Under the pieces are notes generated by a model, which had not been told where the DNA came from, ran no database searches, and saw only the letters and a list, made by a program, of their open reading frames with translations. This document shows, one piece after another, positions 42,801-56,126 of a stretch of DNA of 64,000 nt (position 1 is the stretch's first letter; each line of letters starts with the position of its first letter). The DNA comes from Auanema rhodensis (taxonomy: Eukaryota; Animalia; Nematoda). The stretch is from NCBI GenBank assembly GCA_964057225.1, contig OZ059897.1, positions 9,486,001-9,550,000 on the forward strand, read 5' to 3'. The position numbers were made by a program, and so were the translations under genes.

Positions 42801-45800
42801 TCTGGCTGTCGCGGGTTCGAGCCCCGCATCGGGCTTTGAGTTTAACCTTTTATTTGAAATTATAACGTTTATTTTGAAAATTTATTCCTAACCTCTATCT
42901 GATCAGATAGAATTCTGTAGATGTAACATTGTTTCAGTTCTTAGAACTCTGTTTAAGTGTTTTCAAACTTTGTATAGATAACAAGAAAAATGAAATGATA
43001 GAGATAGAACACTTCTGAGATCTTGATCCAAGGTTTTTCTGACGGACTGATCCATTAGAACCAAAGATTACAAGAATTATTCTGATTTCATCTGCATAAA
43101 GATCCAGTAGAAAATTACCTTTTGCTCTGAACATCTAAATGATTCAATACAATATCAGAAATCACAGCCCGGTTAGCTCAGTCGGTAGAGCACCAGACTC
43201 TTAATCTGGCTGTCGCGGGTTCGAGCCCCGCATCGGGCTTTGAGTTTAACCTTTTATTTGAAATTATAACGTTTATTTTGAAAATTTATTCCTAACCTCT
43301 ATCTGATCAGATAGAATTCTGTAGATGTAACATTGTTTCAGTTCTTAGAACTCTGTTTAAGTGTTTTCAAACTTTGTATAGATAACAAGAAAAATGAAAT
43401 GATAGAGATAGAACACTTCTGAGATCTTGATCCAAGGTTTTTCTGACGGACTGATCCATTAGAACCAAAGATTACAAGAATTATTCTGATTTCATCTGCA
43501 TAAAGATCCAGTAGAAAATTACCTTTTGCTCTGAACATCTAAATGATTCAATAGAATATCAGAAATCACAGCCCGGTTAGCTCAGTCGGTAGAGCACCAG
43601 ACTCTTAATCTGGCTGTCGCGGGTTCGAGCCCCGCATCGGGCTTTAAGTTTTACCTTTTATTTGAAATTATAACGTTTATTTTGAAAATTTATTCCTAAC
43701 CTCTTTCTGATCAGATAGAATTCTGTAGTTGTAACATTGTTTCAGTTCTTAGAACTCTGTTTAAGTGTTTTCAAACTTTGTATAGATACCAAGAAAAATG
43801 AAATGATAGAGATAGAACACTTCTGAGATCTTGATCCAAGGTTTTTCTGACGGACTGATCCATTAGAACCAAATATTACAAGAATTATTCTGATTTCATC
43901 TGCATAAAGATCCAGTAGAAAATTACCTTTTGCTCTGAACATCTAAATGATTCAATAGAATATCAGAAATCACAGCCCGGTTAGCTCAGTCGGTAGAGCA
44001 CCAGACTCTTAATCTGGCTGTCGCGGGTTCGAGCCCCGCATCGGGCTTTGAGTTTTACCTTTTATTTGAAATTATAACGTTTATTTTGAAAATTTATTCC
44101 TAACCTCTTTCTGATCAGATAGAATTCTGTAGATGTAACATTGTTTCAGTTCTTAGAACTCTGTTTAAGTGTTTTCAAACTTTGTATAGATACCAAGAAA
44201 AATGAAATGATAGAGATAGAACACTTCTAAGATCTTGATCCAAGGTTTTTCTGACGGACTGATCCATTAGAACCAAAGATTACAAGAATTATTCTGATTT
44301 CACCTGCATAAAGATCCAGTAGAAAATTACCTTTTGCTCTGAACATCTAAATGATTCAATACAATATCAGAAATCACAGCCCGGTTAGCTCAGTCGGTAG
44401 AGCACCAGACTCTTAATCTGGCTGTCGCGGGTTCGAGCCCCGCATCGGGCTTTAAGTTTTACCTTTTATTTGAAATTATAACGTTTATTTTGAAAATTTA
44501 TTCCTAGCCTCTTTCTGATCAGATAGATTTCTGTAGATGTAACAATGTTTCAGTTCTTAGAACTCTGTTTAAGTGTTTTCAAACTTTGTATAGATAACAA
44601 GAAAAATGAAATGATAGAGATAGAACACTTCTGAGATCTTGATCCAAGGTTTTTCTGACGGACTGATCCATTAGAACCAAAGATTACAAGAATTATTCTG
44701 ATTTCATCTGCATAAAGATCCAGTAGAAAATTACCTTTTGCTCTGAACATCTAAATGATTCAATACAATATCAGAAATCACAGCCCGGTTAGCTCAGTCG
44801 GTAGAGCACCAGACTCTTAATCTGGCTGTCGCGGGTTCGAGCCCCGCATCGGGCTTTGAGTTTAACCTTTTATTTGAAATTATAACGTTTATTTTGAAAA
44901 TTTATTCCTAACCTCTATCTGATCAGATAGAATTCTGTAGATGTAACATTGTTTCAGTTCTTAGAACTCTGTTTAAGTGTTTTCAAACTTTGTATAGATA
45001 ACAAGAAAAATGAAATGATAGAGATAGAACACTTCTGAGATCTTGATCCAAGGTTTTTCTGACGGACTGATCCATTAGAACCAAAGATTACAAGAATTAT
45101 TCTGATTTCATCTGCATAAAGATCCAGTAGAAAATTACCTTTTGCTCTGAACATCTAAATAATTCAATAGAATATCAGAAATCACAGCCCGGTTAGCTCA
45201 GTCGGTAGAGCACCAGACTCTTAATCTGGCTGTCGCGGGTTCGAGCCCCGCATCGGGCTTTGAGTTTTACCTTTTATTTGAAATTATAACGTTTATTTTG
45301 AAAATTTATTCCTAACCTCTTTCTGATCAGATAGAATTCTGTAGATGTAACATTGTTTCAGTTCTTAGAACTCTGTTTAAGTGTTTTCAAACTTTGTATA
45401 GATACCAAGAAAAATGAAATGATAGAGATAGAACACTTCTAAGATCTTGATCCAAGGTTTTTCTGACGGACTGATCCATTAGAACCAAAGATTACAAGAA
45501 TTATTCTGATTTCATCTGCATAAAGATCCAGTAGAAAATTACCTTTTGCTCTGAACATCTAAATGATTCAATACAATATCAGAAATCACAGCCCGGTTAG
45601 CTCAGTCGGTAGAGCACCAGACTCTTAATCTGGCTGTCGCGGGTTCGAGCCCCGCATCGGGCTTTGAGTTTAACCTTTTATTTGAAATTATAACGTTTAT
45701 TTTGAAAATTTATTCCTAACCTCTATCTGATCAGATAGAATTCTGTAGATGTAACATTGTTTCAGTTCTTAGAACTCTGTTTAAGTGTTTTCAAACTTTG

Positions 45801-48800
45801 TATAGATAACAAGAAAAATGAAATGATAGAGATAGAACACTTCTGAGATCTTGATCCAAGGTTTTTCTGACGGACTGATCCATTAGAACCAAAGATTACA
45901 AGAATTATTCTGATTTCATCTGCATAAAGATCCAGTAGAAAATTACCTTTTGCTCTGAACATCTAAATGATTCAATACAATATCAGAAATCACAGCCCGG
46001 TTAGCTCAGTCGGTAGAGCACCAGACTCTTAATCTGGCTGTCGCGGGTTCGAGCCCCGCATCGGGCTTTGAGTTTAACCTTTTATTTGAAATTATAACGT
46101 TTATTTTGAAAATTTATTCCTAACCTCTATCTGATCAGATAGAATTCTGTAGATGTAACATTGTTTCAGTTCTTAGAACTCTGTTTAAGTGTTTTCAAAC
46201 TTTGTATAGATAACAAGAAAAATGAAATGATAGAGATAGAACACTTCTAAGATCTTGATCCAAGGTTTTTCTGACGGACTGATCCATTAGAACCAAAGAT
46301 TACAAGAATTATTCTGATTTCATCTGCATAAAGATCCAGTAGAAAATTACCTTTTGCTCTGAACATCTAAATGATTCAATACAATATCAGAAATCACAGC
46401 CCGGTTAGCTCAGTCGGTAGAGCACCAGACTCTTAATCTGGCTGTCGCGGGTTCGAGCCCCGCATCGGGCTTTGAGTTTAACCTTTTATTTGAAATTATA
46501 ACGTTTATTTTGAAAATTTATTCCTAACCTCTATCTGATCAGATAGAATTCTGTAGATGTAACATTGTTTCAGTTCTTAGAACTCTGTTTAAGTGTTTTC
46601 AAACTTTGTATAGATAACAAGAAAAATGAAATGATAGAGATAGAACACTTCTGAGATCTTGATCCAAGGTTTTTCTGACGGACTGATCCATTAGAACCAA
46701 AGATTACAAGAATTATTCTGATTTCATCTGCATAAAGATCCAGTAGAAAATTACCTTTTGCTCTGAACATCTAAATGATTCAATACAATATCAGAAATCA
46801 CAGCCCGGTTAGCTCAGTCGGTAGAGCACCAGACTCTTAATCTGGCTGTCGCGGGTTCGAGCCCCGCATCGGGCTTTGAGTTTAACCTTTTATTTGAAAT
46901 TATAACGTTTATTTTGAAAATTTATTCCTAACCTCTATCTGATCAGATAGAATTCTGTAGATGTAACATTGTTTCAGTTCTTAGAACTCTGTTTAAGTGT
47001 TTTCAAACTTTGTATAGATAACAAGAAAAATGAAATGATAGAGATAGAACACTTCTGAGATCTTGATCCAAGGTTTTTCTGACGGACTGATCCATTAGAA
47101 CCAAAGATTACAAGAATTATTCTGATTTCATCTGCATAAAGATCCAGTAGAAAATTACCTTTTGCTCTGAACATCTAAATGATTCAATAGAATATCAGAA
47201 ATCACAGCCCGGTTAGCTCAGTCGGTAGAGCACCAGACTCTTAATCTGGCTGTCGCGGGTTCGAGCCCCGCATCGGGCTTTAAGTTTTACCTTTTATTTG
47301 AAATTATAACGTTTATTTTGAAAATTTATTCCTAACCTCTTTCTGATCAGATAGAATTCTGTAGTTGTAACATTGTTTCAGTTCTTAGAACTCTGTTTAA
47401 GTGTTTTCAAACTTTGTATAGATACCAAGAAAAATGAAATGATAGAGATAGAACACTTCTGAGATCTTGATCCAAGGTTTTTCTGACGGACTGATCCATT
47501 AGAACCAAATATTACAAGAATTATTCTGATTTCATCTGCATAAAGATCCAGTAGAAAATTACCTTTTGCTCTGAACATCTAAATGATTCAATAGAATATC
47601 AGAAATCACAGCCCGGTTAGCTCAGTCGGTAGAGCACCAGACTCTTAATCTGGCTGTCGCGGGTTCGAGCCCCGCATCGGGCTTTGAGTTTTACCTTTTA
47701 TTTGAAATTATAACGTTTATTTTGAAAATTTATTCCTAACCTCTTTCTGATCAGATAGAATTCTGTAGATGTAACATTGTTTCAGTTCTTAGAACTCTGT
47801 TTAAGTGTTTTCAAACTTTGTATAGATACCAAGAAAAATGAAATGATAGAGATAGAACACTTCTAAGATCTTGATCCAAGGTTTTTCTGACGGACTGATC
47901 CATTAGAACCAAAGATTACAAGAATTATTCTGATTTCACCTGCATAAAGATCCAGTAGAAAATTACCTTTTGCTCTGAACATCTAAATGATTCAATACAA
48001 TATCAGAAATCACAGCCCGGTTAGCTCAGTCGGTAGAGCACCAGACTCTTAATCTGGCTGTCGCGGGTTCGAGCCCCGCATCGGGCTTTAAGTTTTACCT
48101 TTTATTTGAAATTATAACGTTTATTTTGAAAATTTATTCCTAGCCTCTTTCTGATCAGATAGATTTCTGTAGATGTAACAATGTTTCAGTTCTTAGAACT
48201 CTGTTTAAGTGTTTTCAAACTTTGTATAGATAACAAGAAAAATGAAATGATAGAGATAGAACACTTCTGAGATCTTGATCCAAGGTTTTTCTGACGGACT
48301 GATCCATTAGAACCAAAGATTACAAGAATTATTCTGATTTCATCTGCATAAAGATCCAGTAGAAAATTACCTTTTGCTCTGAACATCTAAATGATTCAAT
48401 ACAAAATCAGAAATCACAGCCCGGTTAGCTCAGTCGGTAGAGCACCAGACTCTTAATCTGGCTGTCGCGGGTTCGAGCCCCGCATCGGGCTTTGAGTTTA
48501 ACCTTTTATTTGAAATTATAACGTTTATTTTGAAAATTTATTCCTAACCTCTATCTGATCAGATAGAATTCTGTAGTTGTAACATTGTTTCAGTTCTTAG
48601 AACTCTGTTTAAGTGTTTTCAAACTTTGTATAGATAACAAGAAAAATGAAATGATAGAGATAGAACACTTCTGAGATCTTGATCCAAGGTTTTTCTGACG
48701 GACTGATCCATTAGAACCAAATATTACAAGAATTATTCTGATTTCATCTGCATAAAGATCCAGTAGAAAATTACCTTTTGCTCTGAACATCTAAATGATT

Positions 48801-49703
48801 CAATAGAATATCAGAAATCACAGCCCGGTTAGCTCAGTCGGTAGAGCACCAGACTCTTAATCTGGCTGTCGCGGGTTCGAGCCCCGCATCGGGCTTTGAG
48901 TTTAACCTTTTATTTGAAATTATAACGTTTATTTTGAAAATTTATTCCTAGCCTCTTTCTGATCAGATAGATTTCTGTAGATGTAACATTGTTTCAGTTC
49001 TTAGAACTCTGTTTAAGTGTTTTCAAACTTTGTATAGATAACAAGAAAAATGAAATGATAGAGATAGAACACTTCTGAGATCTTGATCCAAGGTTTTTCT
49101 GACGGACTGATCCATTAGAACCAAAGATTACAAGAATTATTCTGATTTCATCTGCATAAAGATCCAGTAGAAAATTACCTTTTGCTCTGAACATCTAAAT
49201 GATTCAATACAAAATCAGAAATCACAGCCCGGTTAGCTCAGTCGGTAGAGCACCAGACTCTTAATCTGGCTGTCGCGGGTTCGAGCCCCGCATCGGGCTT
49301 TGAGTTTAACCTTTTATTTGAAATTATAACGTTTATTTTGAAAATTTATTCCTAGCCTCTTTCTGATCAGATAGATTTCTGTAGATGTAACATTGTTTCA
49401 GTTCTTAGAACTCTGTTTAAGTGTTTTCAAACTTTGTATAGATAACAAGAAAAATGAAATGATAGAGATAGAACACTTCTGAGATCTTGATCCAAGGTTT
49501 TTCTGACGGACTGATCCATTAGAACCAAAGATTACAAGAATTATTCTGATTTCATCTGCATAAAGATCCAGTAGAAAATTACCTTTTGCTCTGAACATCT
49601 AAATGATTCAATAGAATATCAGAAATCACAGCCCGGTTAGCTCAGTCGGTAGAGCACCAGACTCTTAATCTGGCTGTCGCGGGTTCGAGCCCCGCATCGG
49701 GCT
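27814..49703 (+). tRNA. tRNA-Lys-CTT: Block of 55 full-length tRNA-Lys(CTT) genes
   Basis: 404-bp period, with a +2 spacer indel near 36655 and a -1 spacer indel near 40451. Confidence 0.95.
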
Positions 49704-50034
49704 TTAAGTTTTACCTTTTATTTGAAATTATAACGTTTATTTTGAAAATTTATTCCTAACCTCTTTCTGATCAGATAGAATTCTGTAGATGTAACATTGT
49801 TTCAGTTCTTAGAACTCTGTTTAAGTGTTTTCAAACTTTTTATAGATAACAAGAAAAATGAAATGATAGAGATAGAACACTTCTGAGATCTTGATCCAAG
49901 GTTTTTCTGACGGACTGATCCATTAGAACCAAAGATTACAAGAATTATTCTGATTTCATCTGCATAAAGATCCAGTAGAAAATTACCTTTTGCTCTGAAC
50001 ATCTAAATGATTCAATAGAATATCAGAAATCACA

Positions 50035-50494
50035 GCCCGGTTAGCTCAGTCGGTAGAGTGTCACATCTGCAAGCACATGGTAAACATGTGCGCGCTATTC
50101 AAATAGCGGGAGCCTGAACAAGCCCCGCCCACAACATGGGACACACATGGCACTCTTGCTTCTGGCCTAACCCAGATAGGTTGTCTTATAGCCATGTGAG
50201 TCTCATCTCTATATCATCTATATATATATACTCTATTTAATACTTTATTAGATCTCTTTATATTCTTTCTTAATGTAATTCTTATATTGTATTTTCTTGT
50301 TATCTGATAATGAATCTTTTTCTCTTTAAGTATTTGTCTTAATAAGGAAATCGGGGCGTTCGGGTCTGCCTACCTAAGGAACAAGGTAGAAGTACATATA
50401 TCTTCCGACCATGAAAAGACGGGAAGAAACAATATGTAACGAGAGCACCAGACTCTTAATCTGGCTGTCGCGGGTTCGAGCCCCGCATCGGGCT
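50035..50494 (+). pseudogene. tRNA-Lys(CTT) split by a solo LTR after nt 24
   Basis: nt 1-24 at 50035-50058 and nt 21-73 at 50442-50494. Confidence 0.93.
50059..50441 (+). mobile_element. Solo LTR (383 bp) inserted in the tRNA D-arm, 4-bp TSD AGAG
   Basis: GGT-AGAG|TGTCACAT...ATGTAACG|AGAG-CACC. Matches the LTRs of the 2.7-kb elements. The array phase shifts by 387 bp, which equals 383+4. Confidence 0.95.
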
Positions 50495-52845
50495 TTGAGT
50501 TTTACCTTTTATTTGAAATTATAACGTTTATTTTGAAAATTTATTCCTAACCTCTTTCTGATCAGATAGAATTCTGTAGATGTAACATTGTTTCAGTTCT
50601 TAGAACTCTGTTTAAGTGTTTTCAAACTTTGTATAGATAACAAGAAAAATGAAATGATAGAGATAGAACACTTCTAAGATCTTGATCCAAGGTTTTTCTG
50701 ACGGACTGATCCATTAGAACCAAAGATTACAAGAATTATTCTGATTTCACCTGCATAAAGATCCAGTAGAAAATTACCTTTTGCTCTGAACATCTAAATG
50801 ATTCAATACAATATCAGAAATCACAGCCCGGTTAGCTCAGTCGGTAGAGCACCAGACTCTTAATCTGGCTGTCGCGGGTTCGAGCCCCGCATCGGGCTTT
50901 GAGTTTTACCTTTTATTTGAAATTATAACGTTTATTTTGAAAATTTATTCCTAACCTCTTTCTGATCAGATAGAATTCTGTAGATGTAACATTGTTTCAG
51001 TTCTTAGAACTCTGTTTAAGTGTTTTCAAACTTTGTATAGATACCAAGAAAAATGAAATGATAGAGATAGAACACTTCTGAGATCTTGATCCAAGGTTTT
51101 TCTGACGGACTGATCCATTAGAACCAAATATTACAAGAATTATTCTGATTTCATCTGCATAAAGATCCAGTAGAAAATTACCTTTTGCTCTGAACATCTA
51201 AATGATTCAATAGAATATCAGAAATCACAGCCCGGTTAGCTCAGTCGGTAGAGCACCAGACTCTTAATCTGGCTGTCGCGGGTTCGAGCCCCGCATCGGG
51301 CTTTGAGTTTTACCTTTTATTTGAAATTATAACGTTTATTTTGAAAATTTATTCCTAACCTCTTTCTGATCAGATAGAATTCTGTAGATGTAACATTGTT
51401 TCAGTTCTTAGAACTCTGTTTAAGTGTTTTCAAACTTTGTATAGATACCAAGAAAAATGAAATGATAGAGATAGAACACTTCTAAGATCTTGATCCAAGG
51501 TTTTTCTGACGGACTGATCCATTAGAACCAAAGATTACAAGAATTATTCTGATTTCACCTGCATAAAGATCCAGTAGAAAATTACCTTTTGCTCTGAACA
51601 TCTAAATGATTCAATACAATATCAGAAATCACAGCCCGGTTAGCTCAGTCGGTAGAGCACCAGACTCTTAATCTGGCTGTCGCGGGTTCGAGCCCCGCAT
51701 CCGGCTTTAAGTTTTACCTTTTATTTGAAATTATAACGTTTATTTTGAAAATTTATTCCTAGCCTCTTTCTGATCAGATAGATTTCTGTAGATGTAACAA
51801 TGTTTCAGTTCTTAGAACTCTGTTTAAGTGTTTTCAAACTTTGTATAGATAACAAGAAAAATGAAATGATAGAGATAGAACACTTCTGAGATCTTGATCC
51901 AAGGTTTTTCTGACGGACTGATCCATTAGAACCAAAGATTACAAGAATTATTCTGATTTCATCTGCATAAAGATCCAGTAGAAAATTACCTTTTGCTCTG
52001 AACATCTAAATGATTCAATACAAAATCAGAAATCACAGCCCGGTTAGCTCAGTCGGTAGAGCACCAGACTCTTAATCTGGCTGTCGCGGGTTCGAGCCCC
52101 GCATCGGGCTTTGAGTTTAACCTTTTATTTGAAATTATAACGTTTATTTTGAAAATTTATTCCTAACCTCTATCTGATCAGATAGAATTCTGTAGATGTA
52201 ACATTGTTTCAGTTCTTAGAACTCTGTTTAAGTGTTTTCAAACTTTGTATAGATAACAAGAAAAATGAAATGATAGAGATAGAACACTTCTGAGATCTTG
52301 ATCCAAGGTTTTTCTGACGGACTGATCCATTAGAACCAAAGATTACAAGAATTATTCTGATTTCATCTGCATAAAGATCCAGTAGAAAATTACCTTTTGC
52401 TCTGAACATCTAAATGATTCAATAGAATATCAGAAATCACAGCCCGGTTAGCTCAGTCGGTAGAGCACCAGACTCTTAATCTGGCTGTCGCGGGTTCGAG
52501 CCCCGCATCGGGCTTTAAGTTTTACCTTTTATTTGAAATTATAACGTTTATTTTGAAAATTTATTCCTAACCTCTTTCTGATCAGATAGAATTCTGTAGA
52601 TGTAACATTGTTTCAGTTCTTAGAACTCTGTTTAAGTGTTTTCAAACTTTTTATAGATAACAAGAAAAATGAAATGATAGAGATAGAACACTTCTGAGAT
52701 CTTGATCCAAGGTTTTTCTGACGGACTGATCCATTAGAACCAAAGATTACAAGAATTATTCTGATTTCATCTGCATAAAGATCCAGTAGAAAATTACCTT
52801 TTGCTCTGAACATCTAAATGATTCAATAGAATATCAGAAATCACA

Positions 52846-53305
52846 GCCCGGTTAGCTCAGTCGGTAGAGTGTCACATCTGCAAGCACATGGTAAACATGT
52901 GCGCGCTATTCAAATAGCGGGAGCCTGAACAAGCCCCGCCCACAACATGGGACACACATGGCACTCTTGCTTCTGGCCTAACCCAGATAGGTTGTCTTAT
53001 AGCCATGTGAGTCTCATCTCTATATCATCTATATATATATACTCTATTTAATACTTTATTAGATCTCTTTATATTCTTTCTTAATGTAATTCTTATATTG
53101 TATTTTCTTGTTATCTGATAATGAATCTTTTTCTCTTTAAGTATTTGTCTTAATAAGGAAATCGGGGCGTTCGGGTCTGCCTACCTAAGGAACAAGGTAG
53201 AAGTACATATATCTTCCGACCATGAAAAGACGGGAAGAAACAATATGTAACGAGAGCACCAGACTCTTAATCTGGCTGTCGCGGGTTCGAGCCCCGCATC
53301 GGGCT
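52846..53305 (+). pseudogene. tRNA-Lys(CTT) split by a solo LTR
   Basis: Same structure as 50035-50494. Confidence 0.93.
52870..53252 (+). mobile_element. Second solo LTR (383 bp), same D-arm site, TSD AGAG
   Basis: Same sequence and junctions as 50059-50441, located 2811 bp downstream. Confidence 0.95.
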
Positions 53306-54797
53306 TTGAGTTTTACCTTTTATTTGAAATTATAACGTTTATTTTGAAAATTTATTCCTAACCTCTTTCTGATCAGATAGAATTCTGTAGATGTAACATT
53401 GTTTCAGTTCTTAGAACTCTGTTTAAGTGTTTTCAAACTTTGTATAGATAACAAGAAAAATGAAATGATAGAGATAGAACACTTCTAAGATCTTGATCCA
53501 AGGTTTTTCTGACGGACTGATCCATTAGAACCAAAGATTACAAGAATTATTCTGATTTCACCTGCATAAAGATCCAGTAGAAAATTACCTTTTGCTCTGA
53601 ACATCTAAATGATTCAATACAATATCAGAAATCACAGCCCGGTTAGCTCAGTCGGTAGAGCACCAGACTCTTAATCTGGCTGTCGCGGGTTCGAGCCCCG
53701 CATCGGGCTTTGAGTTTTACCTTTTATTTGAAATTATAACGTTTATTTTGAAAATTTATTCCTAACCTCTTTCTGATCAGATAGATTTCTGTAGATGTAA
53801 CATTGTTTCAGTTCTTAGAACTCTGTTTAAGTGTTTTCAAACTTTGTATAGATAACAAGAAAAATGAAATGATAGAGATAGAACACTTCTGAGATCTTGA
53901 TCCAAGGTTTTTCTGACGGACTGATCCATTAGAACCAAAGATTACAAGAATTATTCTGATTTCATCTGCATAAAGATCCAGTAGAAAATTACCTTTTGCT
54001 CTGAACATCTAAATGATTCAATACAATATCAGAAATCACAGCCCGGTTAGCTCAGTCGGTAGAGCACCAGACTCTTAATCTGGCTGTCGCGGGTTCGAGC
54101 CCCGCATCGGGCTTTGAGTTTAACCTTTTATTTGAAATTATAACGTTTATTTTGAAAATTTATTCCTAACCTCTATCTGATCAGATAGAATTCTGTAGAT
54201 GTAACATTGTTTCAGTTCTTAGAACTCTGTTTAAGTGTTTTCAAACTTTGTATAGATAACAAGAAAAATGAAATGATAGAGATAGAACACTTCTGAGATC
54301 TTGATCCAAGGTTTTTCTGACGGACTGATCCATTAGAACCAAAGATTACAAGAATTATTCTGATTTCATCTGCATAAAGATCCAGTAGAAAATTACCTTT
54401 TGCTCTGAACATCTTGTCACATCTGCAAGCACATGGTAAACATGTGCGCGCTATTCAAATAGCGGGAGCCTGAACAAGCCCCGCCCACAACATGGGACAC
54501 ACATGGCACTCTTGCTTCTGGCCTAACCCAGATAGGTTGTCTTATAGCCATGTGAGTCTCATCTCTATATCATCTATATATATATACTCTATTTAATACT
54601 TTATTAGATCTCTTTATATTCTTTCTTAATGTAATTCTTATATTGTATTTTCTTGTTATCTGATAATGAATCTTTTTCTCTTTAAGTATTTGTCTTAATA
54701 AGGAAATCGGGGCGTTCGGGTCTGCCTACCTAAGGAACAAGGTAGAAGTACATATATCTTCCGACCATGAAAAGACGGGAAGAAACAATATGTAACG

Positions 54798-54810
54798 TGG
54801 AGGTTCCACC
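54798..54810 (+). promoter_or_regulatory. Primer-binding site complementary to the 3' end of tRNA-Gln
   Basis: TGGAGGTTCCACC directly follows the 5' LTR. Its reverse complement GGTGGAACCT-CCA is the 3' end of metazoan tRNA-Gln (GGTTCCA...GGTGGAACCT), identified from recall. Confidence 0.85.
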
Positions 54811-55918
54811 TTGCTTACTTTACTGTTAATTTATTGACAGCAAGTTTACGAGACTTTTGGACTTAATTACCCAACAGTGAGGAGTAACCGAGCCGTGCAC
54901 CATGATTTCCCCAAAAATTATTTTGGCTACCACTTCTCCTCCGCTCAACGAAAACTGGGAGGTGTCTGAGACGTTTGGGGAAACTATCAGACAATAGTTT
55001 TGACGAGCGTTACCTTTTTGTTATGCACGCGCGTGCTATTTTGATTCATTACTTTATGATGTGAATGTCCAGTGTGGCAACAGAGCTCACTTTTTAGCTG
55101 AGTTGTTTGGAAGCTGGAGGCTGTTGGGATAATTTTATTTACGATTTTTTGATTTTGATTCACATCCAAGGGTTCATCAGGGTTCTACTCCTGTTAACTC
55201 TTTTCTTATTAGTTCAGAGATAATAAGAATATTTAAATTCCTACCCACCCAAGTCCACTCTACGTCTGCCAACGTTTCCTTTTTCCTATATTATTGACAG
55301 ATTACTGAATTTAAATTCCTATATCAATCTTAAATTACCTTCTAAATCTTTTGAAATTAAATTAAAAATTATCTTAATTAAGATTTATTTTGAAATTCTT
55401 TCTACAAATCTTAATAAACTTTATAAAATTGAACTTAATATACGAGATGAGACATTTTTGTTTACTTTAAGCTTACTCACATTCAAATAGTTGGCCCACG
55501 CGTACCAGCTGTTCGACATGTGTAGTCAATAACAGCTGTTAAAATTCAAAAGTTTTCAAACAGGCTTAAGGCACCATCTGTGATTCCTAATTTGTCTCTA
55601 AGCTGACATTAGTGATTATAATATTCAAATATCACGACAGACGGTCAATGGTGGTTTACCATAAGCGCTAACATCTGGTGTCGTGACACATGGCTGGAGG
55701 CGGAGCTTGAAGCTTCAACGATCCTCCTTCATCAGACGCCATTGTCACAAACGTTTTTACTGGAGTCTAGTTGCTTCCAGTACGCGCTCTTATATTCATC
55801 TAACTGTATTCACCAGCCACCATGTCGGACTCGGACATCAGCGAGGACAACAAAGATTAGGAACAAGGATCACCAGAGCCATACCTTTTGTATGTCACAC
55901 AACAACAAAGAAGAATGA

Positions 55919-56126
55919 ACAACGGTTAATGACTTAGTTATGATAAAAGTGAATTCTACACGAAAACAAACTAACACCTTCATTCGAAAGGCCTTATTTA
56001 GTTACAGCAGTTCAAAGATCTTTCGTCGTGGTTCAAACAGATAAAGGAAAAAGCAGAAGAGTACACAAGGACTTCGTCAAACCTTACCAACGGACAACAT
56101 CTATTCCGGTTATCACAATTTCTTGA
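55919..56126 (+). pseudogene. Decayed Ty3/gypsy integrase C-terminal (GPY/F) remnant
   Basis: Manual translation gives TTVNDLVMIKVNSTRK / frameshift / NKLTPSFERPYLVTAVQRSFVVVQTDKGKSRRVHKDFVKPYQRTTSIPVITIS*. This fits the VGDxV...KLxPxFxGPYxV...VHxxxxKPY pattern. Confidence 0.75.

Noticed and set aside
1-50000. CRISPR-like repeat-spacer array
   Set aside because: The spacers are near-identical, the period is 404 bp, there are no cas genes, and the conserved part is a eukaryotic tRNA.
50218-50314. LTR TATA-like (TA)n run and AATGAA poly(A) signal
   Set aside because: Plausible, but not distinguishable from background in AT-rich sequence without transcript data.
54987-55937. Short ORFs of 60-88 aa in the element interior (and copies at 59656-60606) as genes
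   Set aside because: They are short, depend on non-ATG starts and show no recognisable gag, protease or RT motifs.
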